A stretch of DNA of 63,981 nt, filler included, from Phoronis australis (taxonomy: Eukaryota; Animalia; Phoronida), in assembly GCA_002633005.1 (NCBI GenBank). It is 9 parts of 9 records of this genome, joined end to end, with 100 filler letters (N's around TTAATTAATTAA, not from the genome) between each part and the next. Parts side by side here need not be neighbours in the genome. Positions count along the whole stretch, not along the records: positions 20,964 to 52,492 come from NMRA01000351.1; 8 more parts are not named here. The stretch is one strand, 5' to 3'. Below the pieces are notes generated by a model, which made no database searches, was not told where the DNA came from, and saw only the letters and a program-made list of their open reading frames with translations. The position numbers and the translations under genes were made by a program. Below, piece by piece: positions 22,679-35,768 of the stretch. Position 1 is the first letter of the stretch; every line of letters begins with the position of its first letter.

Positions 22679-25600
22679 AAGAATGACATTAGCATGAAAA
22701 AGAATACCAAGCAAATATTTCTGCTTCTTATGCTTCTTTTCGCAAATTGTGTCTTTTTCCCGAACTATTTTTGAGCGGACTCACGAAATGTCATTTATTT
22801 CCAAGACATATTGTTTGACAATTCTAGGTGAACCAACTCATAAACAAGACGGCTTGGTGATTGGACGATAACTAGACACCTTTCGATTAGGGGATTTTTA
22901 TTTTTTCCAAGTCGGATCACTAAGAAAATTGACATCTTATGTTCCCACTGGCAACAGCAGGCCTGGCGTATGTTAGGCGGATCCGACTACCGCAGTGCCT
23001 CCTATTGACAATCTCATCGTTTTTATGTTTGCCTCCGTAGCTTTGGAGTTCCTTAGCAGATTTTCGGGAAACTTGGCATTTGATTACTATCTGTGAAACT
23101 TCATGGCCTTATTTGAAGCTCGGACGGGTTCGGCCTGTTTTGCTCGATCGAATGGTCATGTTTATGATACTAATAAATACACCTGAACCATAACGTTTGC
23201 GGTGCAGTCGTGTGGACTTTTTTCATCGCTCTCTTTTAATCTTTTGTGTGTTACTACATCTCAGTGGTTACGCTACATTCGGCAAACATGCTGCACACGA
23301 GAACGCGAGTTACTTATTGTACAACTCCCCAGGCGGCGTTTTAGACAGTTACTCCCCAGGCCGGTTTTAGACACTATACCTAAACTGCAGTACTGAGTTA
23401 AGTGTAATACAACCATAATGTCTCTACAACACCGCCAATTTGCCGCCAAGGATGTATTTTTAGGTAAAACATCGAAGAAAGTTGATAGTCCTACATTTTA
23501 TCAAAAAATGATTCTGCGAAATCAGTACGAAGCTTGTTTGAGTGGGTCAACTGTGATGATCATGTCGGAAGGGGAAGAGGGGAAGACGGTTACTATCGAA
23601 CTTGTGCTTGACGTCAATTATTCTCATTCTTTCGGCTCTTCCTATCTAATTACTCCCGCTGTGTTGTTTTCAGAACGCCCCTGTCAGTCTACAAGGATGT
23701 ATAAAGAATGGCAAGATAATGGTCGGGTGTGAGGACAAAAGTTTTTGCGAGGAAATCTGCAGTGCAAGTCGTGCTGCCAATCTCACAACAAGACCCGCCT
23801 TTATGCGCCACTGCGCTCTCTCTGGACACCCGTAATAATTATTGGCAATCGTAAAGATGACCATTTGCTTTTCACTTTCTACGTGTAATTTGATTGGTAT
23901 TATGCTGATGAACTACAAAATAAATTGAAATTTACGCGGAAACTCCACATTTTTGTCGCTTTAGATTCACTGTAAAATAAAACACTCAGTTTTCTATGGG
24001 GCCAACGCATACCGATAGCGTCGTGATCCATCACCGCTGTCATCCAGATCGCCGAGGCTACATGTCATACATGTAGACGCACATCATGGTCACTGTTCAG
24101 TGCGAGAAATCGTAACTTATATAAAAGAGAAGCCGCCATATTCCATCCTTCCCGGCAACGTATTCAACGACCCCATGAACGGCATTATGCCAGAGTAGGC
24201 TTATAAAGTCCAGAGCATACCGTGCGGTATTTCTGAAATACTCCTGGATCTGTCGATCTTAGTCACGGTGAACTTGGCATCATTTTCAAGGACACTGCTA
24301 GCAAACCTTGACTTGGGAAAATGCAGTTACAGATCGAGCGCGACATCTTAAGACTGATGGAGCTTGAGTTTCATATTTTAGTTTAACCGAAGTCAGGTGA
24401 AGCAATTTCAGGTGCCAGTTGTCCGTCGATTTCGGTGTCCTTGCACCATTTTCAAGGTACAGCGAGTACTATGTCGTTAGTGGGCGAAATCCGTATTTTG
24501 TACGGGGTGCCGTATCTTCAGGCGCCAGTCTATTTTAGCTACCGTGACTTCGTTGCCAATGTTAAACCAGAAATTCTAAGAATTTCAACTTGGAAAATGT
24601 TGTGGACGAGATATATGATGAAAGAAACTTTACCTTTTGTTCATATTTTATTCTGAGGTGTGTCATCTGCAGGTTCCTATCGAATTTGGTGACCTTGACT
24701 TCAGTTTCAAAATCAAATTTTTACTTAAAAATGTTGGTGACGCGATATCTCAAAAAAGAAACTGTATGTTTTGCTCATATTTTAGCGAGATGAAAGTGGG
24801 GCATCTTCCACGTGCACCTGCGGCATTTTGCGAACCTGACCTCTTTTTCAAAGTCAGTGTGAGAAGTTCAAATGTTTTGCCTGAAAATTGTGAAATTCTG
24901 TAGACTTGATCACCTTAAGGGTATTGACAAATTTTTCAGTGCAACTTTTACTTTTAAGTGCAGCAAACTTTTAAACTGTTTCATTCCCATGTATTTCAAT
25001 CTGATCGATTACATTTGAATTGATGTCACAAAATGTTGAAATTCAAGATTTTATGAATTTCGGATTGCATTTATTTCATTAATCAATCCTACTTAACGAA
25101 TAATAATCGAAATTTAAAATGCGTTGATAAATTTCTCACGTGATCTATTACGTCACAAAAAGACAACAATGGAGTCGGTGGGTAGTGAAAACGTATCGGT
25201 CGAAGTGCATTTTCTGAATAATGTCGATGGTTTCTGAATCCTTCATCTTTGTAAGCGTTGTCGGAATTTTCCAATGACGAAGTTTTTCCACACATTTTGC
25301 ATACTCATCCAAATGGTTGTCGCTCACGCTGTTCGTTTCGTGTTTGCGTTCCACAATTCTGCTATGTTATGTATTGTTGAAGGCTTCCTGTCAGAGTCGC
25401 GTAATCTTCGTAAGAAATCTAAACGATCGTTAATCTTTTGGTTTTATGTCACACAGTTTCTTTTATTAATACGGTCTTTATAGATTACATTCAGTAGTTG
25501 ACTATCAACTCGTTCGCGCTGAAGTAGCAATGAAGGCGACAGTTACTGTAAAAACCTTTCTTCCGGCGACAAGACAACATCCGATTTAGATTACTTACCT

Positions 25601-27206
25601 CAATGAATTTGTTCTCAAAGTGTTCCTTGGACAAGTTGGAGACAATTTGTCGGCTTGGAATGAACTAACAGTTCGCCATTGTTAGAGACCAGGCTCTTCA
25701 AAGTGCCTAATTGTCACAGCTTGTCATTGTATGAGCTTGAGCCCTTGGTTTCAACAGTGAAGGAAGTGATACTTTTTCAAAGCCTAGAGAATCATTTCTC
25801 ATCTGAGTTAGCATTAAATCAATATCAATAGCGCTTTGCAGGATCTATGCACATACTTTGCTTAAAGTTACGCGGATTTGACGTGCGCTTTAACAAAGAA
25901 TTAGCGGTAACGAAAGTCAGTTTCATGCCTTAAGTTATCACCAGTAATTAAAGGCTACCGTTTAAACTTGATGTTCCTTATATCAGTGATAGCTTCTGTA
26001 CGGAGTATCGTGAACGATAAGGTGGCCTCCGCCAGCTGTTCTCTGTGTTGACACAAAGATTAAACTCTTCACTGTAACAAACGTGAGACTTTTCTCTACC
26101 CTCCCCACCTGTTGCACGCCGGACAGTCTTCTGACTTCTTCGTGGCTATATTTCGATCTGATATCTTGTCGCGTGTCTGCAGAGACAGATAAATTCACAC
26201 TCACAATATTCTCGATATCGTTTGTGTCTGGAGGTGAACTTTGCTGCACTGACTGATCTAGTGTGCCTTGAGAGGAATGACCACAATTTATAGCCGAGAA
26301 ATCTTTGCGGTAACCTTAGAAGTGCATACTGGCGCTTTTTCGTCACACCCATAAATGCATTTATACTAAGGCTGCAAGCGCCAGTAAAAGAACCCCTCCC
26401 CCTACTCTAAAACTGAAGACTCACAAATGAGTTAAAATTAACGTTTCGTTTTGAACTGCGTTTCTTGCAACTTATCTGTAGAAGATTTATTTGATTTGTT
26501 TTACTTTTCGACCTGCACCAATTTATCTGTTCGTCTGCTGCAGCACATGACTCGGTGCTGTGATTTCTAATCGACTCGACACAGGCCGTTGTTGCCATGA
26601 ACCTCCCTGGAAGCCCTCTTGTTTTATCTAAACTTCTTTTGTTTATGCCCAGGAGACAAGAACATGGAGCTGTCATTTCATCTCATATGTATTTACACAG
26701 GCTAGTTTTATCACTAATTTCGACGGCTGTCCATGGTAAGACGCGTGAATGACGAACTAATCAATCGGCCACAAGTGGCTCTATAAGTGTCACCCCTAGC
26801 CGATAAAGCACTACCCCAGGAGAGCACTAAGCATCTGTTCCTCTCGACCTAACACGCGCAGTCATTTGTTATAGCTGTTACAAAACACATTATTAACCAA
26901 CCACCCAGTTGGACTATATCAACATTACAGTCGGTTGCCATTATGCTACCCTCGCATGGTTTAAAACTTCAGGACTGGTCAAAAGCAGGCTTTTGCGCGT
27001 GCTAAACTGAATGATCTCGTTTAGTGCCCTGCTTCGCAACAGAGGTCTTCGCCACGTTGGGGAATTCATTTAGTGGGGATTATATTCCAATCATGGAGGA
27101 AACGGTGCCTCTAAATTTGCAGCTTTGCCTATGGTCTCCTAAACCCCATTTCTGAGTCATCGAACATCAAAACCACGGCGCAAATTCCAATCCTACTGTG
27201 CCCCTG

Positions 27207-27624
27207 TGGTCGGTTGCATGAAACAGTCCTAAATAGGGAATCAACTAAGTTCCCTAAACTTTCGATGTAATTGTGAACTTGTGAAACACCGATTGTCCCC
27301 TCTTATGCTGTTTTATTTTATTACTAAGTCAATTTTTGGTTTTGTTACAAATCGAGAGTGCACTTGAATTCTCAATATTAGCGAAAATAAATAGGGATCT
27401 TTTCATGCAACTTAAAGACTAAGTCCCTATTTATTTTCATTGAATTGAGGGCTCAGTTTTTAGTTACGTCAGTTATTAGAAATTTCATTAGTCAAAGAGA
27501 AGCTCGAAATAAAGACGAAATAACAGAAAACCAGTTCATCTGTGGGTAAAATAGACACAAACAGTCAAAAGATTTAGGGAACTTAGTTGAGTCCTTATTT
27601 GGGACAGTTTCATGCAACCCGGCA
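27207..27624. mobile_element. MITE with about 50-bp terminal inverted repeats (PIF/Harbinger-like termini)
   Basis: GGTTGCATGAAACAGTCCTAAATAGGGAATCAACTAAGTTCCCTAAA versus TTTAGGGAACTTAGTTGAGTCCTTATTTGGGACAGTTTCATGCAACC, plus an internal inverted pair at about 27384-27437. Confidence 0.8.
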
Positions 27625-28105
27625 CTTAATTCCACATACTTCGAAATACTGTTCGTACACGGTCACTTAAACTGTAACTTTATACCCGGCTGCCTGCTTC
27701 CTTCACGCACCCGTAGTTCTGGTCTGTAGTTTGGACACCCGCTATTGTGTTTGGTCACCGGGTTTGGGACATTTTCGGTGCGTGTGTGGCCGGATTTTAT
27801 GGGTGCGTGTATGGAATTTATTCCGCGGGTTTGCTTGTCCAACACTGGCCGGGGGCTTCACTGGTTAAAAATGGAATTTAGAGCCTCAACCATGGACTGG
27901 TTTCCAACCTTTAGATATTTTGATAGTGTTATAAATTGCATGGAAGTACCCATTGCAATCAGAAATAGACTGCGGTATAACTAGAGACTTACGCGTACAT
28001 GGTTTTTGCTGTTTGTGAGAAGAAAATGATAGTTTTCCCGATTTTTCGTGATTTTTCTACTTTTTTCATTCAAGCGCATTGCCCGAATCTGGGGAACGTG
28101 CTCCT

Positions 28106-28138
28106 CTCGCCCGCTGTCTTGGTTAGACAGCGGGCGAG
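28106..28138. repeat. Perfect 14-bp GC-rich hairpin
   Basis: CTCGCCCGCTGTCT-TGGTT-AGACAGCGGGCGAG, flanked by GGGGAACGTG direct repeats. Confidence 0.85.
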
Positions 28139-30510
28139 GGGAACGTGTGCCCCTCGCCCACTCTCCTGGTTAGACACCTCTCTTAGTGTGTCAACTCACA
28201 ACTGGGGCTGACGATGACTGTTTTAGGCTAACAGGTCAGAACAACCAATAAAAAATAGTGTCAGGATGCAGCCACCTAATAAGCAAACCCTTTAGGCATT
28301 TAAATAAAATAGCTGTTTCACTTACTCAGCAATTACTTTGTTTTCTCAAACCCATTACGACGGTGGATTCCTGGGATAGTTAGTAAGCCTACTACTTCCT
28401 TGTGTGTTGTGAGTAGGGCTTACACGTTCCATGACGTCGCCTGACGTAATCATGATGGCTGCACTAGATTCTGCTCCTTTCCGAGTGAACCAAACAAAAA
28501 TCATTATTATTGGATTTTCTGTTCAAAGACAATGAAGAATGAAAAACGCCGCCTCGTTTTTGCTTGTAATTAAGTGTCATTTGCAATATTGAGATTTTCA
28601 GAAAGTCAGTGAAGTAGTGAGGAGGCCTAGTAGAGGCTGCACACTCACTTTGTTTGGGGTTCCGCGTAGTTACTTTAATCTCGGCCTCCATGTATTTGTT
28701 ATTTGTACCAGAAGGGACACCCGACAGTTACTTATATGTGAAATCCTCCAACCGCGATGTCCGTCCAACTCTTTGTCGGCCTTTCAGTCATACACTGGCC
28801 TCTTATCATGGTTTGCAATGAACTAAACCGATAGCGGCCACATAACAATATATTCTGAAGTCTCACGATGACTTTGTCCGAGCGTCATTCTGTATCACTG
28901 ACACGCTGCATAAACAAGAATTTTGAATTGGCATGTGTTACTGATTTTGAACGAAGGCAGCATTTTTAGCCCTCATAGTAATTGAGCAGTCTGTTTCGTC
29001 AGTTCACCACTGGGTGATGTATTGACTGCATGCGACATCTAGCGGACATTTTAACACTACCAGTCTGAGAACTGAGCCCCACTACGATAGGTTTTGATGA
29101 AGAACATCACTTTGACAGAATCAAAGTAGCTACGTAATTTATTCGTTTTGTACTTGTGTAGGAATGTTTATCTGCAGCGTAACTCTGGTACTGCGTTAGA
29201 ACTTGTTAATTATGTGAACACACATTTTAAAAGCGATGACGCTTTTAGAAAAAAATACCATCTTTGCCGCCATAAATATGCGTATAGCCTTAGATTGATA
29301 TGGACATACCCCCCCCCTTGGAATAACCCCTGAACAAAAGACTGTTCTTCAAATACTTCTCGAGGGATAACACGAAAACCGTGTACAAGCCAAAGGCTGA
29401 CACTCGCGTCTAATCCATAGTACAATAATAAAAAACGTGTGCCGAAAAACACCTGCAGCGGCTTGAAACAAAAGAAAATGAATTATATTTATTTAAATGT
29501 CTGCTTGCACGAATTCCGTCACGAGTTGTATACTTCTCACATTTGTCTCGCATACCTTCAGTTGCTAGTAGTTATTATTACTCAGATTCGTGCAGGTCAG
29601 CGTTGAGATAAAATCGACACACACGCTTGGTTTATTATTTTTGACATTTTTGAAAAATTAAGGTCCAGTCAAAATATACGTAAAACCCGCGTCTTCTCCA
29701 ATCTACAAAATAGGTTATTCGTAAGTCAAAATGTGGTGTATACAGGAGACAGAATCTATGCTTGGAGAGAAATCGTAAATTTCGAGCATTTTTTACATTT
29801 TATTTCACTGTTTGTGTGTACTTCGTGTTTCCGACAAGTGTTTAGAAAACAACGTGTTGCATCGCCACAATTTAATTTGCCAAGACTCGTAGGGGGCGTG
29901 GCAATGTCATACCTTTATATATTACGATCAACAATTTATGTTAAGTGTTTGGATATTTTCACAAACGCGATAATCGTGTTTACACAATAAATTCGCGATA
30001 ACTGCGGTGTATATTCTGGGCAAAGCTATCTGTCGTATTTAATTTTCTTAGACTTAAATATTATCGCGGCTCAGGCATAGATGGAAAAATATTCTCAAAC
30101 TGAATACAACTTTAAATCGAAAATAATGACTGGTGTTTTTTACACTGTGATTGAGGAAAAGTGGGGCCGAATTTTATGTCCGATATACATGTACTCATAA
30201 TTACAGTCCGTTTAAAGGTCTGAATTAGAATTTTTAAGATGTAAAAACTTTAATGGTTTATTGAAAATCTCCAGTCTATAAATTGAATAAAATGCCACTG
30301 CCTTCGTGAATTTCTTGAGACAATAACAACGACTCTGAACCCCGCGGTTTTTCGGGAATCATGGGACACGCTGGAGCCTCAGGCACGATTACCTTTCGTC
30401 CTTCGTTATCTCCATCAATTTAAAATCTGACCACGAATAATTAGCAAGGCGTTTGACCAGACTTACTACTGTTTTTGGATTCTTTTAAATGTGTTTATGT
30501 CTTCTTTTTC

Positions 30511-30671
30511 CGGTGGCAGATTTAAGGGGAGGGGGGCAAGAGGGCCATGCCCCCCTAAAATTATCCTAGATTCCATTCGCACAGTATGGGGGTGCGAATG
30601 TCTGACGGGTAAAATCCTGGCTAATACTCTGTCAGGGCTCCCCCTAACTCAAAATCCTGGATCCGACCCTG
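30511..30671. mobile_element. hAT5-like MITE (family A, short)
   Basis: CGGTGGCAGATTT...GGATCCGACCCTG, TSD TTTTC/TTTTC; internal sequence shared with 42246 and 44105. Confidence 0.85.
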
Positions 30672-30840
30672 TTTTCGTCCAGAAAGTAGCGCTAATCCAG
30701 CATTTTGAAGGGCATATAAACATCGCAGGTTTTATTAGTATTGTAATGTCTTCCGTGTTATGACCTTGACACCGGTCTACAAAATGTGTTTGCCATGGTG
30801 GCATTTGGTTTCTTACTTCAAAACTTGAAACCTGCAATAT

Positions 30841-31161
30841 CATAGGCGGATTTGGGGGGTCTCCCCCCTTGGCTGCCCCAAAAAATATGAAACAGCAACA
30901 GCGTGAACCGCGAGGAAATATTGTGTTCAGGAACTAGAACCGGTAGCGGATGAGGCGGGGGACGGGCTCAGACTCCATGCCGCGGTGGAATCGTGTCCCG
31001 TTTTTTTTTAGTCCACCGTTAGATTTTCCTGAACAGAAGGTCCACGGTCTACATCCCCTGCCTCCGCAACTTCCTTGTCGCCTGTACACATGTATTCGCG
31101 CTTTGTCCAATACCCCGAGGCAACATATCGCCCCCCTTATGGTATCGTAGATCCGCCACTG
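30841..31161. mobile_element. hAT5-like MITE (family A)
   Basis: CATAGGCGGATTT...GTAGATCCGCCACTG, TSD AATAT/AATAT. Confidence 0.85.
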
Positions 31162-31232
31162 AATATAAAGCATTTGCCAGTGCTCAGAATGATCGTTTGC
31201 TGATGATCTTTAGCTTGTGTCATTGTTAAGTA

Positions 31233-31472
31233 AGGTCCTAGGTGTAGACCCCTATTGTACTTTGAAGGGTCCGAGGCGCAGGCCCCTATTTTACTTTGAA
31301 GGGTCCGAGGAGCAGGCCCTTATTGTACTTTAAAGGGTCCGAGGAGGCGCAGGCCCCTATTGTACTTTGAAGAGTCCGAAGCGCAGGCCCCTATTGTACT
31401 TTGAAGGGTCGGAGACGCAGGCCCCTATTGTACTTTGAAGTGTCCGAGGCGTAGACACTACTGTACTTTGAG
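31233..31472. repeat. 34-bp minisatellite, about 7 copies
   Basis: Unit CCCCTATTGTACTTTGAAGGGTCCGAGGCGCAGG. Confidence 0.95.
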
Positions 31473-31953
31473 GAACTTAATAACCGGGTTGATATAATAT
31501 GCGTTTTAGGTAGTGAGCGAGAAGTGCCATACTACAGCAGACATAGCGAGATGTGCCATACTACAACGGACATAGCGAGTGTGATAACAAGTGTATATTT
31601 ATTGTCAACAGATAGTTACAATAGTTGTAAAACACGAGCACCCACAAAATAAATTAAAGATTCGATAAATTGGCGAAATCACTGGCGAATTACATAAAAC
31701 ATCGGATACAGTCCCGATGTGTTCACAAGTAAATCATTGTTTTCTACAGTGTATTTCGTCATCATGGATTGGCAGTTACATTGACTAGAAAATTCGACGT
31801 TTTTAACCTCAAACAGAGACCTTATAGCACTTTGATGTATAAATCAACTGAATGTGACAGTGCTCACTTGACAATGTATAAAAAGATCCAGGTGAATCCC
31901 AGAGGACCTACTTCTGACAGCACATTACTGTCCAAATTATTAATTTAAATTCC

Positions 31954-32047
31954 TGAATTTGTAATACTCTTGAATTTGTAATACTCTTGAATTTGTAATA
32001 CTCTTGAATTTGTAATACTCTTGAATTTGTAATATTCTTGAATATGT
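31954..32047. repeat. 17-bp tandem repeat, about 5.5 copies, just downstream of the Ptf1a-like stop
   Basis: Unit TGAATTTGTAATACTCT. Confidence 0.95.
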
Positions 32048-32375
32048 CAGATGCGCCTGCAACTTTTTCAAGTGCAGCCGACTTCGCAATTAATGGCAGC
32101 CGAATAACGATACAATGGCCATGATTCAATGCAAAGAGTGTACATTTTTCTTTTTGGTGTCAAATCAGCTGTTTCATGTACATTCGTTCGGTGCGAAAGA
32201 TTCATCATCTCATTCGAGCATTGTGTTAGCACTGTGTCGCGTAAAGCACACAAGCAACGAAAGAAAAAGGCAGTGTGGTAGTTGATGAACGTTTCTGACA
32301 CCGCCCAGCAGTTTTGTTTTCTGAAATAGCACACAAAGCAGACGTTTTGCCCGTGTCCGGTTCAATTAAAGGGTG

Positions 32376-32620
32376 TTAACAATATCCCCACATTTGGTCG
32401 GTGGGAATCATTTCGGGCATCAAATTGTACTGCAGAAAGTCTGGCGTCTGTGTGTCATAGTGATAAAACATTGCATCGTCCACTATGTGTGCACTCTCGG
32501 GAACCCATAATTTTGCTACAAGTTTCTTCTGTGACGTCAGTTTTACGTCAGAGTTTTCGTCTGTCCACGACAGAGAATGCCCGCAGATGTCACCCTGAAG
32601 AGAACCGTCATTTGAAGATT
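32376..32620 (-). CDS. Ptf1a: Ptf1a-like bHLH transcription factor, exon 2 (C-terminal RBPJ-interaction motifs)
   Basis: Strong acceptor TTTTCCACTTTTTCAG ending at 32621, phase 1 and matching exon 1. Encodes GHSLSWTDE (C1 motif) and AKLWVPE (C2 WxP motif); TAA at 32378-32376. Confidence 0.88.
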
Positions 32621-34184
32621 CTGAAAAAGTGGAAAACTGGATGAAAAACTCATCATCATCTGTTTGTGCCGGGTGGAACAAATGCATCGTTACCAGCCGA
32701 TCACAGGGGAAGCGGTTGACTTGTTATTTAACCGTATTCTACAATGGACGCTGTTTATTTGGGCGGCACGGGTTTGTCAAGGAATATCTGAAAACACAAG
32801 ACACAGAGCTTGACCAAACTGTGAATGAAGGAGACTGCTAATCGTTGAAATCTTTTGATTTCTGATTGTGGAATTGACCACTCGGCATGCATTGTTGTTC
32901 TTTAAACTCCGTTGAGAATTCATATGCATGGCGTCACATCTGGTAAACGAAGATCATTACCGTTTTTCAAAGGTCTCGTTCCATTTTTAATTGACGTTAT
33001 GAAGACAAATTGAAGATATAATTGGAGGTTAAGGATAATTGACGTGTTCTCGTTTTGTTTGGATTTACGAAATCAGTTGGTCGCTGTTTGATCACACACT
33101 GACCCAAGAAAATACACTAAGTTATATTTCGATGCTTAAATATCCCACGAAAGTTCAAACTGGTCAATAAATTTGCAAAACATAGCGAGTGTGGGAAGTG
33201 TTGGAACCTGAGGTCGCGTTTGGTGAGTTAAGCAACTAAAATTTGAAGTCGCATTTTGCGAGTATGGCTATCCGCAGGGATGTCGCCACCTGTAGTCTGA
33301 GTGGTCGCAGTTTGGCAAGCTTGCGTTTGTCAAATCGGACACTGCATGGATTGATTCACAGTTGATGGCGAATTTGGTAGGCCCATGAAGCTGTCGGCCT
33401 GGTCGGCTGCATTGACTTATTTTCTTAAAAACTTTATCAAACATCTGCTAGGGAAAAGGTAATTCGTTACACAATTCAACATCGGGTTGGTGCCATATAT
33501 TTTCCTAAACAAAATAAATTAATCAAAGTTTGTGTTGAACTCGTTAGATGTTACTTCTATGGTGCAATTGAACCAGTGAGCTAGAAAAGGGTAATAATCG
33601 TTCGGTGTGTATCGTAAATAAACAAGGACACTTTGAGTATGCGTGAGACATCCTTCATGATTTTATCTCTGTGCTCCGTGTGTGTGCGTGCGTGCGTGCG
33701 TGAGGGTGTGTGTGTGTATTCAAAAGCTTGCAAAACTCGGATATCATTTATTGGGAGAGAAAATATAAATTTTGGAAGTACTCGTTTTGGAGGGAGGAGG
33801 AGGGGTCTGTCAGAAGCGCATGTTTTGCTGGATGGTCTCAGACAACTGTAACGTATCGCGTGATATTTAAGTCAAAATTACGCTATTATAATTTAGCAGT
33901 TAAGGCGACTAGAAATTTACCAAATGTACACTTTGCAAACTGCTATTATAACAACATAACGTGAGAGTCAACTTACTCGAGACCACCTTGCATGAAATTA
34001 TTAACTCAAATGTCCAATAGGATGAAGAACGCGTTGTATTCATTCATTACAGGTCGTGTAATTATTTGAATGACATTGTTGAACATGAAATTGACTGGTC
34101 TTATATCTCACTAGGCAGTTACTGTAGCACCAATATTTCATGTATTGTTTGTAGAACTATAACTTCGTCCTACTCATGACTTAC

Positions 34185-34635
34185 CGGTTTTGCATTTCAA
34201 TATAACCTTTTCTTGTGTAGTTTTCCTTCCTCGTTTCTTAAATGCCAGCGTATCATCGTATTCGGCAAGAACGTCCGTGAGTTTCTGGATATACTGTATC
34301 GCATATTTTAACGTGTCCACTTTCGATAATTTTTTCTTCTCTGCCGGAGATATTGGAATTCTACATTTCAGTCCGTCAAACGCGGTATTAATGGAACGCA
34401 TCCTTTTGCGTTCTCTTTGGTTGGCAGCTTGGCGCTGTTGAAGACGTTTAACAGGGCACGATCGTTTTGTTCCAATTTCGTCAAAATCATCCTGGTTTTC
34501 GAAGTCCGAATCCGTGTAACTTGGGCAGAAGTTTTCAGAATCGTATCCAACCGCTTCCTGGGCCCACTGCGAGAGGAACTCGAGCTCCTGGTTATAAGAG
34601 TCCCAAATTTGACTTTGCTGTTCAATGGTTTGCAT
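34185..34635 (-). CDS. Ptf1a: Ptf1a-like bHLH transcription factor, exon 1 (acidic N-terminus + bHLH)
   Basis: [28 protein letters not shown]...[18 protein letters not shown], then EKVILKC (compare Ptf1a KVIICH), followed by a G|GTAAG donor at 34184. Intron is 34184-32621. Confidence 0.9.
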
Positions 34636-34864
34636 TTTCGAAGCGCGCTCTTAGTAAAATTAGGCAGTGGGTTGATTGTGAGATTTTGCGAATAGTTTTA
34701 ACTCGCCTATTGAAGTTTTCTTGCGATATTTGTTGACTACTTTCAGGTGTATTGAAACGGAAAGAATTATTTGTCAACACTTGAAGCTCGGAAATACCTC
34801 TGTACTTGAGGATGAGTGCGCACGCGACAGCCGAGGATAAATTAAAACCCAGCACGCGTAAAAG

Positions 34865-34932
34865 TTATATATAATCGGCTAAGTAAACATCTACGCGTGG
34901 AAGGCTCGCGACAGGTCTGCTGATCAGCCAAT
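34865..34932 (-). promoter_or_regulatory. Candidate core promoter of the Ptf1a-like gene (TATA box + CCAAT box)
   Basis: TTATATATAA at 34865-34874, about 230 nt upstream of the ATG, and AGCCAATC around 34926-34933. Motif match only. Confidence 0.45.
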
Positions 34933-35714
34933 CGGAGAGCAGTATTCTTGTAACAAGGTGTGAGTACATAAGTCGTGTTGATTTAGACATGATGCATAAA
35001 CATACCATCCACGTTTTATTGAGTTATTGCAGTCATTCTCTGGGCAGAGTGTAGTACTGTGCACAGCAAGGTATCTGGGCATAAATTTGCATAGCTTTGG
35101 AAATTCTTGTCATTAGCCCTTTTGTTAATTTGTAAGTTTAATTTTGATATTATATAATCATCAATTTGTTGTAGGTAATATTTTTTTAAAAAGTGACAGA
35201 AAATACCTAGTTAACGTACAAGATTCTCATTAAAGAAGCAGGAAATAGCCATAAAAGAAATTTTCAAGAGAACAAAAATAGTTTATAGTCGTTTTACTTT
35301 CTAGTGTTTGTTCGTCCTAATCCGATGTATGCAAATTAATCTTGCTACTCAAAAAGTAACTTGAGTTAAAACTGCGAGTAAACAGACTAGTATGAAGTTT
35401 GTTTGAAAACTGTAAATGGTGTATAGCCTTAGCCACTCGATGTGCAAATTAAGGAGTTGGTTATTGATCTTTCCTCGTCTTGGCGATTATTGTGCTGCAC
35501 TTGTGAACATACAACGTATCGTATTTTAATATTATTCTCCACAGGACCATTATAGTAAAAATATCTCACTATTGAAGGAATACATTTTCTCGAATGTTTT
35601 TACATATAAGAACGAAATTAAAATGCAGTGGTAAAAATGATGCAGGATTTGTGCCAGTGCGTGTGCGTGTGTATACACAAAGGTCTACACACAATATAGA
35701 AAAAATTAATCAAA

Positions 35715-35768
35715 TACTGGACCTAATGGTTTGAGTTAGCTACGTTGCGTCCTCATCCCGAGGACTTC
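35715..35768 (-). mobile_element. 5'-truncated Penelope-type hammerhead / pseudo-LTR remnant
   Basis: Minus strand GAA-GTCCTC-GGGAT-GAGGAC-GCAACGTAGC...GTCCAGTA, homologous to 63886-63940; CTGAT is missing. Confidence 0.6.

Noticed and set aside
31233-31472. 34-bp repeats as a CRISPR array
   Set aside because: The units are directly tandem with no unique spacers, there are no cas genes, and the context is eukaryotic.
32621-32687. ORF-track N-terminus (MHLFHPAQ...) of 32376..32687 as a separate gene
   Set aside because: This part is intron (polypyrimidine tract and acceptor); the rest is Ptf1a-like exon 2.
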